This document shows, piece by piece, positions 47,079 through 52,053 of a stretch of DNA of 52,053 nucleotides. Positions within the stretch are counted from its first letter, which is position 1, and every line of letters starts with the position of its first letter. Origin of the DNA: Nemertoderma westbladi (lineage: Eukaryota > Animalia > Xenacoelomorpha). The notes beneath the pieces are model-generated. The model did not search any database. It was given only the letters and a program-made list of their open reading frames with translations, and had not been told where the DNA came from. The translations under genes and the position numbers were made by a program. The DNA is taken from the NCBI GenBank assembly GCA_032718475.1, contig JAUCBJ010009001.1, positions 1-52,053 on the forward strand, in the 5' to 3' direction.

Positions 47079-48017
47079 AGTAGTAGGAGAAGAAGTGTCC
47101 TCACCATAGTCCTCCCTAGCTTGGGCTATGGGCTACTTCTCGGAGGACTATTAAAAAATGCCAAATTCCGGTGCTAAATTGCGGTGCATGCCATATGTCA
47201 CCATCGGCAGTTGCCATCAACCAATCGTTGCGTAGCCTAACCTCGCGATGCCCGCCTTACTCGACTGACTAACTAACCCTCCGGTTATTCCCCTTTTCGC
47301 CATGCTACCACCACTGTATACTGTATATGGTGACGACAACGACGACGTGGCCATCTACACGCATCACGCATATACCCTCCCTCGATATTATATATTATAT
47401 TATATCGATTGCCAACTCAACGATTTACCCTCCGCTAGCTAGAGCTACTCCTCGACTGCTGTCGCCAAACCAACAAACCAACCAACCAGCCAGTATGATA
47501 CATGAAATTCCGCCACGCGTCAACTACACGTTCTCGCATTTCCATAGTAGTTACTCATCCTAACCGATCCCTCAGCATCTGTGCCATATTGAAAGGCTAC
47601 TACTAACATTATACTGTGCGTTTTTATTATAATTATTGATTATTATTACGCACAACCCTATGTTTCATATTCTTTCACGTATTTCCTATCCACGCAACCA
47701 ACCAACCAACCATCCATTCATCCACATTGCAACCCATCTCTTTTCTTATTCGTCGATGATTATGCCACATCCCATCTCTTCTACGTTGATTATGCGACAT
47801 CCACATCACGTATTCAGAAATTTATATATAACTGAATGTTTTTATTAAAATTCATCACTTGTAATCTTCATGGTAATATATTGATACCATATCTAATTTT
47901 TTTGTTCTCACTCTGAAATTGTGTTATTTCCTTAATAATTTCTTCATTATCTTACACGTTGTATATTCATTGGTCGGAAACACTCGAATAAATGATACTG
48001 ATTCCCACATTGGGTTT

Positions 48018-48180
48018 CTAAACGTAATTATTTAACTCACCGGAAATCACGTTTGGATGTAAGGAAGAATTTTTAGATTCTTCCGAATGATGAAGATTTC
48101 CCGGATATTCATTCATCAATAGTAAAAATTCTCCCTTACATCCAAACGAGATTTCACATGAGTTAAATAATTACGTTTAG
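48018..48180. repeat. Long near-perfect inverted repeat (hairpin, arms ~58 bp)
   Basis: CTAAACGTAATTATTTAACTCA..GAAATC.CGTTTGGATGTAAGG.AGAATTTTTA pairs with TAAAAATTCT.CCTTACATCCAAACG.GATTTC..TGAGTTAAATAATTACGTTTAG. Confidence 0.95.
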
Positions 48181-48270
48181 TGTAATTTTAGAGTGAGAAC
48201 TATGGTGTCAATTTATTACAGCGATACGGTTTAAAATTTATCACTTGTAATATTTTTCGTATTTATTATT

Positions 48271-48984
48271 ATGGCCTTAACGCAAAAAACCGGAGCAACA
48301 AATAGCTGGAAATTTACTTACAATAAATATACTTGTACCGCCGTTCACAGCAAGTATTTTATTGTGGAATCTCAGGAGGACAACGAATCAATTTGTTTTT
48401 CCCATCAAGATACCCGCTATTTGCTAGACATTCTAGAAACAACAACCAACAACCAACATCAATCCAGACCAGCAATTATACCAGGTAGGATATATCCCAC
48501 TCTTCGTTTTGCGCGGGGAAATTTGAATATTTCTATCAACCCCACATCTGGTGATGTTTACGTTCAGAAACAAGGCAAATGTAAAGTCCTCAACAAAGCT
48601 TTTACTGAAGTTCTAATTCAATACAGAGGGAAATTATTGCAATTTCTCTCTCCACCGCTAGAGATTATTAGCGATCAATTCTACATTGAATTATCAAATC
48701 CAGAGTTTATTGGATTTGTAACAGCTTTTAAAGGAACCAACTATGTTGGCTTATGGAAAATCAGCGTCAGATACACTGATAGTGTTGGTTTTAACTATTA
48801 TACGGGTTTCAATTTGTCAAATCAGGAACTAACCGTTTTGTTGCGAGAGTGGGACACCCAAATCGATGAAACAGACAAGCATCTTTTTGATAAAAATATC
48901 ATTCAATTATCAGACCGTCTCAAAATGATTAAACCAATAATAAAAAAATTATTATCACCAACACCGATAATTCTACTGAAGTAG
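48271..48984 (+). CDS. Polinton accessory protein, 237 aa, possible PC4/Sub1-like ssDNA-binding domain(s)
   Basis: FVTAFKGTNYVGLWK...TGFNLSNQELTVL resembles the PC4 pattern (VSxFKGxxYVDIR...GISLTxEQWxxL). Clean ATG ORF upstream of pPolB. Confidence 0.5.
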   Translation: MALTQKTGATNSWKFTYNKYTCTAVHSKYFIVESQEDNESICFSHQDTRYLLDILETTTNNQHQSRPAIIPGRIYPTLRFARGNLNISINPTSGDVYVQKQGKCKVLNKAFTEVLIQYRGKLLQFLSPPLEIISDQFYIELSNPEFIGFVTAFKGTNYVGLWKISVRYTDSVGFNYYTGFNLSNQELTVLLREWDTQIDETDKHLFDKNIIQLSDRLKMIKPIIKKLLSPTPIILLK

Positions 48985-49365
48985 GAGCCGGCGGAAATTC
49001 TATTGAGTTGCATTACTTGAATGATAAAGCCCATATTAGTTTTCTCAAAGAGGCTATGGATGGCGTTTCTCTTACTGAAGCCAATGTAGATGGTTTTGTC
49101 CATTTGGATAAACCTAAAGCATTCGTAGAGATCCCATCACTTAATCCGGATGTTGAAGAGAGTTGCTCTCAACCGCAACAGGTCTTTCCTGAAATATTAC
49201 CTCGGAAGCCAAGATCATCGAGTAAATTAACCAACGCATCACCTGCAAAGAAACAGAAAGTTGTCGGTCACCTAGTTCCAGTAGATCCAGTTACTAATTC
49301 TCCATGGAAACCAGATTATTATCCTAACATGTAAACCTGATCATAAGTTAAACTCTTTGCGGTTT

Positions 49366-49465
49366 CCAATAGCCATAAGCGATTGGTGATTGGTGATTGA
49401 TTTAAAATTATTTCACTCACTAGCATATAAATGTTTAGATATAGTCAATATCATTTCATTTCATT
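49366..49465 (+). promoter_or_regulatory. Putative Pol II promoter for pPolB: CCAAT/ATTGG boxes, TATAAA and Inr-like TCATT
   Basis: CCAAT at ~49366, tandem GATTGGT at 49381-49394, TATAAA at 49426-49431, TCATTT ~25-35 nt further on, ATG at 49531. Confidence 0.5.
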
Positions 49466-49530
49466 TTATTTTAATCTTTGGAGATATTTTATTATTATTA
49501 TTATTATTATTTATCTAAACAAACTTCAGC

Positions 49531-52053
49531 ATGGATAAAATAACAATATGTTGTTCATTCTGTCATATGAATGTAACTAGACATAATTATTTACACCACC
49601 TACGGTCACATTTTGAAGGTTATTCTTGTTTTAAGTGTCATGTCGTGACTTCATGCAGCGAAATTTGTAAACGACATGAATCAACTACTGGTTGTAAAGA
49701 AATGGAGTTCCGTACCTATCAATTGACTTGTTCTACCTGTAATAAAGAGTATACATATGAGAATTATTTACGACACGATTGTCACTTGAAATGTTACTAC
49801 ACAAGAAAGTGTAAATTTCCGCAACATAGAAATATATTATCTAGAAAAAACTTAAGGGTGGCTCTTGGTACATGCGCAACAATTTTTACGCGGGAACAAG
49901 AAGCTCACGATAATCATCTTGAAATTTATGTCCACGACCTCCCAACTTCTAGAGATTATCCCGATGTGGAAACAGCATTAATGCAAATTCGAGGTAATAT
50001 TCTTCAGTTAATATTAGACAGATTGAAAGAAATGAATGTTCTTAGACTGTGGTTAGGTCTAAATGTATTAATGTACAGATCACATTTTTCAGAAGGCGAG
50101 CAATTGGAAACCTTTTATTTTAATTCTTCCGGTGGTGCTATTAATACTGTAGATTCATCACAAAGTTTTGACACATGGTTTGAGTATGTGGTGGAAAATA
50201 TATTACAAAAAATAGCCATCTTTAACACACGTGGTTCAGGGTGGCGTATTAAATCTTTATTAAGGGTTGAAATTAAATTAGCTGAATCTAAGTGTAGGTC
50301 GTTACTATATAAGGGGCTGGATGGATATATGGAATTACCTAAGGTTCTATCGAGTAAACGATGTGTTATAAATGTACAATCGGCTGATAATGACTGTTTC
50401 AAATGGGCTATTATAACCGCAAAATTTGGTAGCAAAGTGTAAAACAACAAACAGCTTACTTCGTCATACAAAAATTATATGAGTCATTTCATTTTTGACA
50501 ACGGGAAAAATGATTATCCAACAGAGTGGCAGTTAGCGATTAAACTTTTTGAAAAACAAAATTCAAAATATATAATTAATTTACTATGTTGGAATAACGA
50601 CAACAAACGCACCCCTGTATCTATATTAAGACAACCTCCATTTAGTAAAATTACACCTGATAAACAGTTATTAAATATATTACTTGTAGTAAAAAATAAC
50701 AATGTACCTAAACTGAATCATTATGTTTAGCATAACTAACTTGAATCGATTGCTGAATACGAGAGCTCTTCATATCGGGAATAGGAAATATTGTGAAAGG
50801 TGTTTGGCTCATTTTTTTCGAGCGGAAGTTCTTCATCGACACCGTCTCGCATGCTACCAAGGAAGAAGTCAACGAGAGAAACTACCTAATAAAAAAAGAA
50901 CACACATTAGTTTTACAAATTTAGATAGAACCTTATCCCCATTGTTTGTCACCTACTTTGATATAGAATGTATCTTACAACCTTCAGTTAATAATCAAAT
51001 TATACAGGAGCATATACCGTGTGCTGTGAGTTATTTAATTGTTCCCAATAGTGAATTAATTGATGCTCCAAAATGTCATTTGAAAACATTCGTAAAGTCA
51101 AATAATAATAATTGTATTCAAGATTTCTTAGATTCATTATATACTGATTTAACTGAATTATGTTGTTGGTCAGAAATATACACTCATAAAACTATGTCAT
51201 TTACTAATATTGATTTTGTAAATTTTGAACAAGCAAAATTTTGTTTCTATTGTAATGTTACTTTAAATAATAATGTAGGGAAAAACAGACATCATTCACA
51301 TATTACAGGTAAATATATTGCGGCAGCCTGTAATAGTTGTAACCGAAGTTTATCATTGAAACGATACCTGTATGTACTTTGCGGGCACAATTCCAGTAAT
51401 TATGATATACATTGTATATTACAAACTGGATTTAGAGATAAGAAATACACAGATTGGGATATAAAGGTTATACCGAGAAATACAGAACGATATATTTCAC
51501 TGAGTGCATTTATCCCAATTAAAAACACTTCTAAAAAAATTGAGTTACGTTTCTTAGACACATATCAATTTTTAAGCTTTTCTTTAAGTAATTTAGTTGA
51601 GTGTTCAACAAAGGATGTAGCGAGTCATGATATAAGCTCAATTTTACCTATTACTCTACAAGAAATGAAATATTTTTATCCAAACTTGAATAACTCAACA
51701 ATTAAACGGAAAGGAGTATTTCCATACGAGTACTTGACAGATATAAATAAATTTAATGATACTGGTTTGCCGTCTATAAATAATTTTTTTAGTAACTTAA
51801 GTCAAAAAACATGCACAATTGAAGATTATAGGTTTGCGGAATTATCATGTCTAGAATTCGACTGTGTGAATCTCAAAGATTATCTCTTAGCCTATTTAAA
51901 ACTCGATGTTTGTTTGCTTGCTGATATATTTGAGAATTTTAGGAATGTTTGTAAACAAAATTACGATTTAGAAGCGGTTTTTTACTGTAGTATCGCATCA
52001 TTTATCTATGATTGCGCACTAAAATATAATAAATGTAAAATAGAATTAATAAA
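49531..52053 (+). pseudogene. Protein-primed family B DNA polymerase (Polinton pPolB), N-terminal half; one premature stop and one frameshift
   Basis: C2H2-like fingers, RGSGW, LPKVL..KRCVINVQSADNDCFKWAI. In-frame TAA at 50440-50442 and a +1 shift at ~50728. Then open to the window end with CERC, ExoI YFDIEC, RHHSHITGKYIAAACNSCN, ExoII HNSSNYD, RFLDTYQF, RKGVFPYEY and ExoIII YLKLDVCLLADIFENFR. Confidence 0.92.

Larger units (their letters stand above)
47079..52053 (+). mobile_element. Left end of a Polinton/Maverick element, running off the window
   Basis: The RTE fragment stops abruptly at AGTAGTAGG, a typical Polinton terminus. A protein-primed PolB gene lies downstream. Confidence 0.78.

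Overview
Repeat-dense eukaryotic (probably invertebrate animal) genomic DNA. The only host gene is the 3' end of ACBD3 (GCP60): a small exon at ~9397-9545 and the terminal GOLD-domain exon at 24569-24981. Its introns are filled by a >9-kb 19-bp satellite, a 36/27-bp G-rich minisatellite and two sense-oriented LINEs. Downstream are a TIR element interrupted by a dead RTE LINE and a 42-bp minisatellite. Next is a 12.6-kb BEL/Pao-derived LTR element (minus strand) with an intact 1660-aa Gag-protease ORF but no RT or integrase. The window ends in the left end of a decaying Polinton/Maverick (PC4-like ORF plus protein-primed PolB). The most intriguing signal is in the BEL element. It has no tRNA-type PBS, and the 11 nt next to its 5' LTR are exactly complementary to a motif inside the LTR. 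That motif lies in an island conserved between two otherwise non-alignable LTR halves, suggesting Tf1-like self-priming. All calls are by eye; no searches were run.
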